From Phoronis australis (lineage: Eukaryota > Animalia > Phoronida), in the NCBI GenBank assembly GCA_002633005.1, contig NMRA01000850.1, positions 57,273 to 121,272 of the forward strand: a DNA stretch of 64,000 bases. Direction: 5' to 3'. The translations under genes were made by a program, and so were the position numbers. Below, one piece after another: positions 22,961 through 35,321 of the stretch (positions within the stretch are counted from its first letter, which is position 1; every line of letters starts with the position of its first letter). The notes beneath the pieces were generated by a model, which saw only the letters and a program-made list of their open reading frames with translations, searched no databases and was not told the DNA's origin.

Positions 22961-25464
22961 AGTCCTACACGAAGACGAGACAACCAATAGATGTCCCCAC
23001 AGCCTATAAAGATGACGTCACGCCTCCAACCCCCGCCATTATTTGATCACAGATTATAGACAACAGTTGGTAACTCCAACATTTCCTTGCGAAATATCCT
23101 AGAAGAGGCGCCACTCTCTAAACATTGCAAACCCAACTTCCGGTTAGTTTACTGTGACGGGAAAAATAATTTCGGCATTGAAACGCTGTTCAAGGTCTTT
23201 CAACAGTAGAGTCCAGAAATTTTTAGCGGCACCGGAGTGCTTTCGAGCTTAAAATGAAACGCACCGTGGAGTATGTAAACTGCTTTTCAAGTGCAAGATT
23301 GGTTTTTGAGTATAGGTCTGGTGGTTATTTATGGAGTATTAGCATGAGCTTTATTTAAGAAGTTAACGTTTTACGAGCGTTCAATTTATTTAAACACGGA
23401 TATGAATTGGACAAAATTGCCGATACAAATTCCGACAAAATGACCATAATTAGCAGACGATGTACTTGCCGGAAGTAAAGCGTGCTATGTCTGTCAGGTG
23501 GCGCTTGTGAATAATGACGTCACGGCTTATGCGTAAGATCACAGATTTCGTCCATTGAAAATACACAGAGTTGGCTGTCCACGTATTATAGTCTGCGATT
23601 TGACAAAAGCTGTACTAGAACCCATAGCCGAAAAGATTAACTGGTACGTAGCTCATTGACTGTGTGCGAAGATTTTTTTCCAATACTGCAAAATATAACA
23701 TTAACCATCGATAAATCAAAACTCTGTCGAGCCCCCATAAAAGTAATGTGATATTGAAACTTAAAGAGGCCTGGAAAGCGAGAAACGGACAATATTGCAA
23801 TATTGAAAGTTTTTCTCTACCACTGAAACAGAATTCAACCTACTCACCAGGTATTTTTGTGGTTTGTTCGTAAAGATTTTTGATTTCTGTTGATATCAAA
23901 GCATTTTCTTTTAGTTTCAAATTAAAAAAGGTCTGTCAAGTACTCACCACTTCGTCGATTTTTCTTCCATAAGGCAACATTTGAAGCACGTCTCATTATT
24001 TGCCATGGCAAGACATAGCAGGAGCACATTTCCCTTCAAGTAACTCGCAGGTTCTCCGCGTGCCGCTAGGTGGTAGCCAGCACACAGTCGAATTCTCAAC
24101 AGGCAGCGCTTTACGCAAACAAACTGGCATGAGTGATGGGGGAAGTGTAAATGTGGTCTGTTGTACAGACAAATCCGACTTTTTGATACATGAATATAAC
24201 GGGGGACGCGAAAAAAAATCACGCCTTGAGCTGTTTTTAAGCGCAAAATGCATTGTTTTCAAAACCTAAAAACGAGGCTCAATTTTAAAATGGCGACTGT
24301 GTGAATATGGTGTATAGACAATTCTTTGAAAGATTAGGCGCAAAAAATTCCGCAAAAACATCTGCAAAAATTCCGCACAATATGCAAGTGTATTGTAGAT
24401 GTCAAACGAATGTGGTAATTCAATGTTAATTTCGAAAAATGGATCCATTTGTTACAGAGTAATTAATTACTAACTAAATGATATGCATACATGATATATG
24501 GCTGTTGTTAAACCTATTACAACTTTTAATAAAAGTGACATCGCGTCAAGTGCCAAAAGGTGACTTGTACAGTGACTGCATTGGAGACAATGAAAATTTT
24601 GACATCCAGTTATTTGCTTTATGTTATTTGATGATATACACATTTTTATGCGCTAACTGAGAAGCGATACCCAAGTTTACAGTGAAACAACACGTGAGGG
24701 TGAGATAAAAGGTCATATGTATTATGAAAAACTAAACTACTACAGATAGCGATAAATACAAAACTTATATAATATGTTGATCTGTGACGGTGGGTGACAA
24801 TTCGCCGGACAATCGGCACTACTACAGGTATAACGAAGATATATACAAAAATGAGCTGTAAAGATGGGTAACAATATGCCAAAGCAACACCGTGAGAAAG
24901 ACATGGGAAAATTGAGAGTAAATAGAAAAGGGAAAATCGAAAAAAAAACTAGATTGAGGAAGGAATGGATATAGAAATTGAATAAATAATACAAAATTGA
25001 AGGTAATTATGGACAATGACACAGTGCTGTGACGATGCAAAGAAATCACGTGATACAATTCAACCATGCAATAGTGGGAGAGCAAAGAGGGTTACTGACC
25101 CAGGAACCAAAACAATATGATAATAAGGACAAAGCAGTTTAAACAATTTTATACTTATATGCGCTAACTGCGAAGCGATACCAAAGCTAGTTTACACGTG
25201 ACGATGAGATACATGTAAAAGGCCGTGTTTTTTGAGGTTGAGAAGACGGCGGATGACGTGAAGTTTCGAAGTGGAAGGTATAGTTCGACGAGGGTGGCTG
25301 AAATGTCAGCCTCGGCTGCGTGCAGGGACGATGTCTATGTTTGCAAGAATGCTTTCGCCCATATGCCCTTGGCCTCAGTACCGATCTTCACGTATGACTT
25401 ACAAGCGGCTGTAAATCCTTTGACTTAGACCACGTATTGCTATAAAACTGACATCGACTTATAC

Positions 25465-25609
25465 CATGGGCAGCGCACCATAGGGGGGTGCGGTGCCTAT
25501 AGCCCCCCACTTATTTCGGTGCTGCGTCGCTAATGGTCCATGGGCGGCGCACCATAGGGGACTGGTTGGGCTATTGCCCTCCTCTTATTTCAGTGCTGCG
25601 CAGCCCGTC
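25465..25609. mobile_element. Tandem dimer of a ~72-bp mini-MITE (CATGGGCrGCGCACC...GTGCTGCG..) with a 5-bp TSD
   Basis: Two head-to-tail units, each starting CATGGGC(A/G)GCGCACCATAGGG and ending CTTATTTC(G/A)GTGCTGCG; whole array flanked by TATAC/TATAC. Confidence 0.65.
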
Positions 25610-27121
25610 TATACCAAATTCAGATCGAAAGGGGTTTCTCGGTTGCGAAAATTGGCAGTTTTTCTTCGAGAGAATGCGCGTCGTACAAAATGACCCGCCA
25701 TGACAAGCTAACTTGTGGATCATGTTCTTAATCAATTAAAAATTGTCAATTCATCCTAAACCTGTAAATCGCACCCAATATGACTAACGAACAAATTGAA
25801 ACAATTCTTCCTGTAACTGCATTTGCAAACAATATATTAAAAGATTTCGCACGTTGTTACGGAGAAAAGTAACCTTCGACAACACGGGAATGAATATTGT
25901 ATTTAAATGATTTATTTTAACACGTGTACCTCTAGTCCATCTATACATAAATCAAATAACTACGGATGCGTAACTAGTAACAGATGTGTCTTATTATAAA
26001 AAATGTCGTATTTGTTCATGCGATTTCATCTTGAAATAAGAAATCTCAAGGTCGTGTGTCTGTGTCAGTGTAACGCGACATTTAGAAGAAAGAGACTGTG
26101 GGAAGCACGTTCATTCTATACCATTCCTCACTATGCGTAGGACGTTATAATGTTACTTATACTTCACACGGAATTGGACAAACTTTGTATCGAGCGAGCC
26201 TGATGGAAAGTGACAAGTTGTACAAATGCCTATGCCCAGTTGCTCATCTTAACATTTTTCGCGCACTAGTTTTTCGGAAAATTTGAGAGGTCACAACTTT
26301 TTGTGTTGATGCCGGAATTTTGATTCCCAAAAACTCCGCAAAAAGACTCACATGAACGGTTCTATTAAAATTCAGGTGAAATATGAAAGAAGTACTTTTT
26401 AACAGTATTTTTTTACTGTGATCTCATAGGCAACACTGCCAGGTCTTGGATTTTTAGCAACACCATTTCACCATTCTTATCGCACAGTTTTTTGAGCTAT
26501 AAAGTTAAATAAAGTTTACTCTACAACGTGTTGTTTTTCGGGTAAAATGGCGGCTTGGAAACGCAGACGAAGGTGGGTCAAGAATGATGCGTTCTGATTG
26601 GTCAGTTAAGCCGTCAGTCAAAATCCTTGCGATAGGTCAATTAGTGAAGGCCCGGTTTCTACAAGAAACTTAACGGCAAAAGCAAAATTATTAGTTGCAT
26701 TGGATATTATTTGTTCTAAATTTCTGAACAAATGAAAAAATTCAATGTGAGATTAAACGTCCACTGCACACGTATAAGCACTAAGCTAGAGCTGATCAAG
26801 AAATCTTCATGACTTCTTTCATAGCTAATGTTTGTGAGACAAAGATGGCGAACTATTTCTGTCTTTGCATGCTACAACGCCCTGATTTTTAGGTTGGTTG
26901 AAATTTCAGAATTAACCATACAACGAATTAACATTCCTAATTAAACATAATTTCACCGTGAATCAAATGGAGTTTATTGCTTTAGCAGCAAGATTCGTCG
27001 CCACTCACCAGATATATAAGATTTTGCAGTTTCCCAATCCGCTTGACCTAATCAGTGCAGCGTGGGACTTGAACAAGATTTTGAAAAAAACATGCAGCCA
27101 CGCTGAACAGCGTTGTATACA

Positions 27122-29752
27122 TCACATTCGAGTTTCTTCCCTGTAGATGGCGGTGTCATCGCATGACGAATTAATCGTCAGATCGTATCCATTCCTATTC
27201 AGCACTGACGGCGCCAACTTTGCTAAAGAGGAGAAGATTTTAGGATGATGTCTCCCCGACCGAGTAGAAGTCTCAATGGTGTTTCCTGCAAAGTCTCGAC
27301 TTTTCATATATGCACGAACACGTTTCGTGAGAACGGTTGTTATGAAAAGAAACGCCCCCTGGCTGGCATTGAGAACAGCAAAAATGTACCAGAAAGCTTC
27401 GTGCTCAACCAAAATGGCCAAGAAGCCAAACACCCAGGTAACACCAAGGAGTACAAAAAGTTTCAAATACATGTAAAATTCATCTTTCTCCGTCGTCTTG
27501 GAGGATGACACGGTATGAGAAAACCTCATTGCCCGGTGCAACGTGACAGCAGTTAAGATCAAGAAAACAATGTTGCTTAGGACAATGACAGCGAGGGGCG
27601 CTGCAAACATTACAAGGAGAGCGTATTTGCCTGTGATCCAGCAGACTCCATTGCGTGTATACTGGGGCTTGAAATCTTCGTCGATATCGAGAAATTCTAA
27701 GACAACAGAGAAAGCAACAACCACTGCCGGGACCAACCATGCGCAAAGAAAAAATACCAAGAAGCGCTTACCAGTTGGTTTGCTCTTCAGAAGTTTTTTA
27801 GGACTGAATGTATTCCACGTGTCAATAGCTATAAGATTCATCCACACGAACACGGATAAATAGGCAAGATGGGCCAAGACACCAAAAGCGAAGCAGAGCC
27901 CATGAATTTTGGCGACAGCTGGTCGCAACAAATAGACCAAACCACTAACAAAAAGAGATGCAATGAGACAAAACTGCAGTTTAGCAGGAAATGTGTGATA
28001 GAGCGGAACAAAAAACTGGAGAACCAATCGGGCAAGAAGGCACACCTCTGAAATGACCAGACAGACAATGGTCACAATACCGAGAAGACCTGAAACCATC
28101 ATTTGTGGAGCAGTAGCATTGTTCTTGTCTTCTTCGCCACATATTAGAACTGTGTTGTTCAATAACCTGTATTCGCCTGGTTCCAAAGTTTGGTTGCGAT
28201 CGCTCAGCCACACAGAACCACCTTTGCGAATTTCAAACGTACCGTTGTAGCGTTCTATGACATAACATGAAGAATTTGTACTGTTCTGACACGACTGTCG
28301 CACAGTTGCGAAAATATCGACCGATTTCACCCAACCCATTGATTTCCTAATGAAAATAGCTTTAAGACGTGACTTTAAGAGCTCTTTTGCAGAATTCATG
28401 GTCTTCTCTACTTCGTCAACATCGCAGTTTGCTGGAAGCTTTTGCGAAAATTTAGCTACAATCCGTATTCCCAGAACATAGAAGTTACTGCCTAATGATT
28501 CGTTAAATCTATAAGCAGTAATTTCAGGACTCATATTAATTTGAAACAATTCATTCAGACCTTCCTTGTAAAGTGTTGGCTCGACATTGCCAGTAAAATA
28601 TATCTCCTTAAAAACAAAATCGCTGGCGATTGGAATATAAGAAATCTCAACATCTACATCCGACAATATGTAACTGGGCACGCACGTTCCATTTTTGAGC
28701 TCGTATCCTTTTTGACAGGATTTAAAAACACAATTTTGAAGGTTATCAAGAGCACAAGCAGCAACGGAAGATCCACTGTTAGATGTGAGAGAGCTCTTCA
28801 AACCAACTTTGATTCCTCCAGCCGAGTTGATATCAAGCAGCAGAGAAAACGAAAACTTCCACAGACTGTTATCACTCCCGGTCAACCCTGGACCGTCCTT
28901 TGGAAACTTGTTGCTTCTGCAAGTCAGATCCTTTGTTTGAATATCAGGATACCCATTGCAAATGGCGCAGAAAGCGTTCTTGAAACCTTTGTTGTTACTT
29001 CCCCTGTAGGTGAACAGTGTCTGACTTCTGTGGCATTTGTCAATCAGTGCATGGTTTTTGCAGTCTCGTTTGCAAGTCATAATTGAACCAAGGACACAGA
29101 ATCTATATTTTTCCGCGGGATCGTAAAATGTAAAGTTGCACTTAGGATCGTTTAGGTGGGTGAGAAATTCCCCAAAAGTGGCTTTGACCTTGTCCGTAGC
29201 GTTTGCTTCGCAGCCCAAGTTAAACCTCCAAAATGTATAGTTAGTGACGTTGTTACAAATAGCACAGAACCGGTTACGATACTGAATGTTGGTTACCTTG
29301 TCTCTCACCGGCACTCGTGTGAAGATCGATCCGTTGGTATAACGGCACTTGGATGCAATCTCCTCGTGGTGGTAATACGACGGGCAGTCACTTACTACGA
29401 TAGTGTTTCTTTTTTCGTTCACTTTTCCTGTACTAGCCTCAATACAGGACGTACTCGGGTATTCAGCTGTAAACGCAGTACCATTCGTGCAGTGTTCGTA
29501 GTAATCAGGACAGCAGTCGTGGTAGTGCAAGCACAGTTTGTCACATGAACATGTGTGGTCGGGTCTGCTCGAGATATCATTGAAAGTCACTTGCCCACAT
29601 CGACTTTTGCACATTGCTTTGTTGCTTTTTACAAAACAATGTTTTGTGTGTGAGTCGATGTGTGGATGGATGGCGCCACTTTCAGAGCAGGGCTTTGACG
29701 AAAATGTCCCTACAAGCTGTAAGAATAAAACAAACACGCAACACCGCATCAT
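27122..29752 (-). CDS. Somatomedin-B-domain class-B/adhesion (Methuselah-like, 7tm_2) GPCR, single coding exon, 876 aa
   Basis: From the 894-aa ORF-track entry. First ATG at 29752 starts a signal peptide MMRCCVFVLFLQLVGTFS. SMB pattern CKSRC..CSCDKLCLHYHDCCPDYYEHC; two Y/F-x-N-x-FCAICN Cys modules; seven hydrophobic segments with class-B motifs (HLAYLSVFVWMNLIAIDTWNTF, AWLVP, CWI, KLFVLLGVTWVFG, LNASQG). Splice acceptor ttcttctttttcag just upstream, exon starting at 29805. Confidence 0.93.
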   Translation of the reverse strand: MMRCCVFVLFLQLVGTFSSKPCSESGAIHPHIDSHTKHCFVKSNKAMCKSRCGQVTFNDISSRPDHTCSCDKLCLHYHDCCPDYYEHCTNGTAFTAEYPSTSCIEASTGKVNEKRNTIVVSDCPSYYHHEEIASKCRYTNGSIFTRVPVRDKVTNIQYRNRFCAICNNVTNYTFWRFNLGCEANATDKVKATFGEFLTHLNDPKCNFTFYDPAEKYRFCVLGSIMTCKRDCKNHALIDKCHRSQTLFTYRGSNNKGFKNAFCAICNGYPDIQTKDLTCRSNKFPKDGPGLTGSDNSLWKFSFSLLLDINSAGGIKVGLKSSLTSNSGSSVAACALDNLQNCVFKSCQKGYELKNGTCVPSYILSDVDVEISYIPIASDFVFKEIYFTGNVEPTLYKEGLNELFQINMSPEITAYRFNESLGSNFYVLGIRIVAKFSQKLPANCDVDEVEKTMNSAKELLKSRLKAIFIRKSMGWVKSVDIFATVRQSCQNSTNSSCYVIERYNGTFEIRKGGSVWLSDRNQTLEPGEYRLLNNTVLICGEEDKNNATAPQMMVSGLLGIVTIVCLVISEVCLLARLVLQFFVPLYHTFPAKLQFCLIASLFVSGLVYLLRPAVAKIHGLCFAFGVLAHLAYLSVFVWMNLIAIDTWNTFSPKKLLKSKPTGKRFLVFFLCAWLVPAVVVAFSVVLEFLDIDEDFKPQYTRNGVCWITGKYALLVMFAAPLAVIVLSNIVFLILTAVTLHRAMRFSHTVSSSKTTEKDEFYMYLKLFVLLGVTWVFGFLAILVEHEAFWYIFAVLNASQGAFLFITTVLTKRVRAYMKSRDFAGNTIETSTRSGRHHPKIFSSLAKLAPSVLNRNGYDLTINSSCDDTAIYREETRM

Positions 29753-30699
29753 GTTGCTGTCAACGCAAAAGCCCTGTGCTGTTTTTTCTTCCTGTTTGTT
29801 TTTCACTGAAAAAGAAGAAAAGAACGAAGAAAACTAAAATTGTCTTCACGCGCTAACGCAATCCGAAATACAAATACCGGGGTTCAGAAGAGACATCGTC
29901 AGGTACAAAGCTGTAATGGAATCTAGGAGATTTCAGTTTAGACAGATTAAGTCATACCTGGTTCAAATGTGGAATTTTTATAAAAACGGCGGATCAGCTG
30001 TTCAAAACAAGCGTTCACAAAGGCATCCTTTCAGCCGGCTTCCGAATCAGGCGATCCGCTGTCTGCTTTGGAGGTGGACTATAAGAAGGCATATCAGACG
30101 TCTGACGAGCGTTCACGTACGTGAATTTATTTCAGACGGCGGATTAGATATTCGATCTGCCTTCTAATCGGACAGCGCGTGAACGTTATATTGATAAACA
30201 CACAGTTCCCGAAAAGCTTTTTGACAGATATCGTCAGTTCCACTGGAGTTGACAGTTATTGTTCATTTTTCAATCAAGTAAAAATAAACGAGGGGGGGGG
30301 GTGCGGAGGTATGGAGGAGGGAGGGAAGGCTGACCGGGAGGCCAGCAGAGACACAGACCAATACAACACAAATACGATTGGAAGACTGACAAATGAAATC
30401 GATAGCATAAGTACTTCAATAAATAAACTTCCTGACACTTAAATAAAAATAAATAAAGGGAGCTACATATCTACATTGCCTAGAAAACAACATGATAAGC
30501 AAAATGTTAATGTGTAAGTGTTTGTGTGTGTATGTTTGCGTGTGCGTGTGGTCCTTTATGCGTGTGCCTGTGTTTGCTGCGTGTATATGTGCAAAATGCA
30601 GTAGTGTTTCTGTGTAATAGTGTAATTTGTATAGGGTTTTTCACGGTGGACATAGTTGTAGGAGAAGCAGCTTGAGTTACTGCATAGAAAATGTAAGTA

Positions 30700-32030
30700 A
30701 TAGTATCCAAAATTTTGTTCTTGTAATATATTGAAAGTCCAGCAAGTGGGTGAATGTTTGTTATTTCTAGAACTGGAGAGGATACTTAATTCATGATTCT
30801 AGCAATGTGGAAACATACTAAACAGTGAGTTACCGTGACTGATTTGTAAAATTAAGTCTTGAATATATGATTGTAGCTACAATAAGTAACAACGCAGCTT
30901 GCTAAAACATCTGGCCAACAACGATTTCCAATTATTTTGTTCTCTTGGTTGTGATAGCAAACAAAATTGCTTTGAAAGTAATTATGAGTAGGTTAGATAA
31001 AAACTTGTTATATATTTTCAAGCAGGACATTAAGAATTTCTTCAAACAGGGGTGTTTTTAATAATTTGCACATTGGGTTTGTATGGGCAAAATAGTGTGA
31101 ATTGGTGATTATTAGTAAGGCTCGTTGCTGAAGGAATTGCAATGTGCTGACATTTGTAAATTCCTCTGTTGTGATGTCAAAAACTAAGTGAGTATGAGTG
31201 AAGGATCAGGAAATCATGATCAGAGCGAATAAAGGTAGATATTTCGTAAGTGTTTTAGTACTCCTTAGGTTGGTACACTTTTTGTTCCTACCAGATCAAT
31301 ATTTTCTGACGAAGATAAAGAGTCGTCAAACGTTATTCCCAAAACTTAAATGTTTTGACAAAGGTTAGTTTTTGACTGTCTATAGTAATTTTAGGTATTA
31401 ATTTTTTAGTTAATATTTTCTGAGGTAAGTAGAATACCATGAATTTAGTTTCGGTGACACTTAATTGATAACCATGCAAATATGTCTGATAGCTTATTAT
31501 TGATCTCAGTTTCGTTGTTTGCTGGTTTTGTAAACGAAGGTGTACACATACGACAGGTGTCATCAGCATACATAAAGATCTCAAGAGAAGTGGATTTCTG
31601 GATTTCGTTTACATAAATAAGAAAAAGAAGGGGTCCAAGTATAGATCCTTGGGGTGCAGCTGTGACGATAGCTGATTTTTGGGAGGGTGAATTGACAAAT
31701 AAAACATGTTGTTGATTGGTTAAATATTTTTGAAGAATACATGCACGACTTCAATTATACTGGGAAATGAGAGTTCAACATTACGCTATGGTTTTTTGTG
31801 TCAAAGGTTTTTGAAAGGCCTAAAATATGATTGTCGGGTTTATCCCCTTGAACAGATGTTAATTCTGTCAGTTAGTTGGAGTGTTGAAAATTATGTTGAT
31901 TTTCATGTATTACTAAGAGATTGCTTGTATTGAGGTGGACAATTTTGGATACAACAAGATTACTAAGCAAACACAAACATATTAATTAATTCTGTATTAG
32001 GAGACCTTGAACATACTAAAAACTGGTAGG
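30700..32030 (-). mobile_element. CR1/L2-clade LINE reverse-transcriptase remnant, probably in a GPCR 5'UTR intron
   Basis: On -: APQGSILGPLLFLIYVN (~31610-31660), MYADDT (31556-31573), TKFMVF; many stops and frameshifts. Boundaries approximate. Confidence 0.8.
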
Positions 32031-32060
32031 ACCAGAAGTTTACCTGATCTTTGTACTCAC

Positions 32061-32105
32061 CGGTATAAGTAGAATTTCAGAGGTGTGGTAGTGTCGTGAG
32101 CAGGT
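32061..32105 (-). other. Candidate 45-nt non-coding 5'UTR exon of the GPCR
   Basis: On -: ttatttattttacag|ACCTGCTC...TATACCG|gtgagtac, a strong acceptor and donor upstream of the 29805 acceptor. A further gtgagtac donor at 32658 with an AT-rich TATA-like stretch near 32730 suggests a first exon. No transcript evidence. Confidence 0.45.
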
Positions 32106-33237
32106 CTGTAAAATAAATAACGAAAGTTATGAAAGTTGAACAATTTCGTTATTGGGTACGTTTCATACGACACTATCCATGAAAAATTTCAAAGCTATTT
32201 AACATTGGTTGAGTATAATGCAAGAACTTCAGCAATTATACCCGTCTCGGACGAGCGTCACGTGACGGGAAATGTTTGACTTTAAAAAAAAAAACTAGTG
32301 AACGACAAATAATCTTATTTTTGAAGGCAGATAATCACACTCAGAAAGTGGGTAAGAAAATTTGTTTCCGTGATATGCCATGTTCATTGTTTATAGAACA
32401 TTTCGTTTAGCTTGACTTCCTCACGCAGTCATCGCTGAAAGATCAGTTATATAACTTGACATCTATCTTCTCCGAGTAATCCGATTGCATTTATGCAGAA
32501 CAGCATTAATCTACATAAGACAAACCGTGGTCAATTCCATTGTGGCTTTGACTAGAGCAGTAAAACATTCCTCTTACACTGTCAGAAGTTCTCTTGTTTC
32601 CGGAAAGACAGTTAGGAACACGGAGTTCACCAATAAATGATTGAGAGCGTGTACTCACACCGGCTGGCGTCTGCGTACCAGTTCAGGAAAAGTTTTCGAA
32701 AAAATGCAATGTTCTTCGTTGAAGCGGATAAATATATTTGCGTCCCGTTAGACAGCATACCGCTGTGAAACTGGCCTGAACTTGTTTAAAACTCAGATGA
32801 GATAAAAAGTGCTTTCTGGGCTTTCAAAATGACACTTCGTTATTGCTTTAAACCGGCACAGTGCATAAAATGATCCGATGCAACACCTCAGCTTTTAGAG
32901 CCTGGTCTCGAACGCTCAGAAATAATCACCTCTAATTTGATTAAGGAACAAGTCGAGACCAATTACGTAACGAGAAATGGTCCAAATAAAAAGAATGTGT
33001 GACGGAAGAAAGGTTTATTGTTGATAGAAATGATGTTACGAAACTTACCTGATGATAACGTACATGTATACATCCCTTTTTCCATACATGTGTCATTCAC
33101 AAAAATTGGCAAATTATAAAAGTAATCTGCCGTTTTATAACGCCACTTAAAATGCAGTTTCAAATGTTATTTACGCGTGTCCCTGGACCCCATGGTCGGA
33201 ACCAAAATATTTCCATTCAACCGTCCCATTCCCGCAG

Positions 33238-33444
33238 TCAACTCCTGAGGACAAATAACGAGTCTGCACGCTGACGTTCTTTCTAATGAACTCATGAGCT
33301 CAAAATGGCGACACCTGGTCAGGACTGCTGTCGAAAATATCAATCAACTCCTGAGCACAAATATGAGTCTGCAGGCTGACGTTTTTTCTAATGAACTCAT
33401 GAATTCAAAATGGCGACACCAGGTCAGGGCTGTTGTCGAAAATA
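33238..33444. repeat. 106-bp tandem duplication
   Basis: TCAACTCCTGAG...CAAAATGGCGACACC...GTCGAAAATA occurs twice (33238 and 33344). Confidence 0.9.
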
Positions 33445-35164
33445 CAGAATGGGTGGAAAGTATTATTTTTTTAAAAGTATTGGAAACAGATTACTTTAAG
33501 TGCTCAAGAGAGATTGTTTAAAAATTACATTTACTCAGTGTTTAGCTGCCTAAAAACGAAAAATTATTCAAGGCAGTTACGGTCACAAAAATCGCGGTCT
33601 AATATTTGTTGCCGTGATAAGGCTGATTTTCGCTGCCAAAAATACTTCGAAACCATGCATCAGCGACTCAAGAAAACGCTTCAGCGTTAGGCAGCAATAG
33701 CATTTACGCATTTAATGACAAGTACAAGTTCCTTTACTCCAATAACAGTGAATTGCAAGAACAAATATGTATCTAGTCTAATTGGGGTTATTTGTCACTT
33801 AGGGTGACCCAAACGTAAAATTAAAAATTGTACATGTGACGCATTGAGTTACTAGCCCATTGAGCAACAATTCAGTATCAGATACCCGTGACAACGTGTT
33901 TAAACCAGGGCAAATTTTATTGTTAAAGGACCCGCTCTGGTAATAAATTAGAGGAAAATTCTTTCTAGATCTGTGAGTGTATTTTATCCGTCGCCCTAAC
34001 ATAGATCAAGGATCAAAAAGGAAAGTACCCGGCAATTGCTGCGGTTACTGACAACGTGCTTTATATGTTCGCTTAGCAACAAACTGAAACCAGCTTCGTT
34101 GGCATTTAAAACGTATAAGGATAAAAAAAATCTACGAACGCTATTTTTAAACAAGCAAACAAATTCAAAACAGTGCGCTCCTCACCTGAATTGCAGTAAC
34201 GCGCACCTGTGCTTGGTTTTAACCACTCGGTCACTACAAGCAATTGGGTCTCTGAGTGTTGATAAGAGTCACTTCCCATGAAACGACACTTGCTAAATTG
34301 ACTAAATTTAATTATTAGACAAATATATTAACTTGAAAAGTTTTGCAATCAAAGTTCACCGTTGTCGAAGAATAAAAATCCGCGATTAATTAATCGTGCA
34401 TGGCTCGCTTCGTATAGTGTCGCAGGACTAGGTCTTTCAACGTGTAAGTTTCTTTTTATGGAACGCTCCTAGCGTCACCTTGTGACGAGTCATTTCTTGC
34501 CCATGAGGAGTCATTTCTTACACACTGACTCGTCAAGGACGCAGTCGGCGGCCAGTTGTCGAACACATGTCGAATTTCTTTTAAAAAATAACGTGAGAAG
34601 TTCAATATAACAGTGAAATTACTAAAATCTGAAAGTTTCATTTTCCTTAATATTCTTTCAACACGTGTAATTGCATTTAAAGTCATCATCAAGCCTAAAA
34701 CGTTCAGGTTTCCAAGTATGTTTTCAACTGTAAGATTTTAAAAACTTTGGGCCCCTTACAAAAACTTCTTAGCCAGGGTTCCCGAATGGAAATTCCAGCA
34801 GTGATAGCTGACAAAATTTCTCTCTTTTATATGTTTCGCTGGGTCTTTCTTTTCTGCCTTTACCCCCCCTCCGCCCCACGCCTGGCTATATTGGTCGCCA
34901 CATAGGTTTCATATCACGCGAAGACTCGCGTGATCCCGTTTCTTCACATTGCACGACTTATCCACAGAACGGAGTCCTGAATTATGTTTTTATGCCTCAG
35001 GGAAAATACTGAGGTTGTAACAGAATCCGTTTTCGAGGTAATCACCAAAACCGCGTTTCAAACAACAAAAGGGAAGAGACTCGATTTTTCGTCATTACAA
35101 GTAAGTACCGGTACATCTATTATGGTGGCTGTGCACTATTTAGAAGTAAAATAAGAATACTTAA

Positions 35165-35321
35165 CAGTGGCGGATTTAGAGGGGGGCCAAGCGGGCCATG
35201 GCCCCCCTAAAATTCTCCCAGATTACATTTGGCAGTTCGAGGGTGCGAATGTCTGACGGACAAAATCCCGGCTAATACTCTTCCCTGGCCCCCCTAATTC
35301 AAAATCCTGTATCCGCCCATG
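35165..35321. mobile_element. MITE family A copy 2
   Basis: CAGTGGCGGATTTAGA...TGTATCCGCCCATG flanked by CTTAA/CTTAA; internal sequence matches copy 1. Confidence 0.88.

Noticed and set aside
27245-29856. Several + strand and alternative-frame ORFs (up to 181 aa) overlapping the GPCR
   Set aside because: Antisense or frame shadows of a long coding exon; no recognisable motifs.
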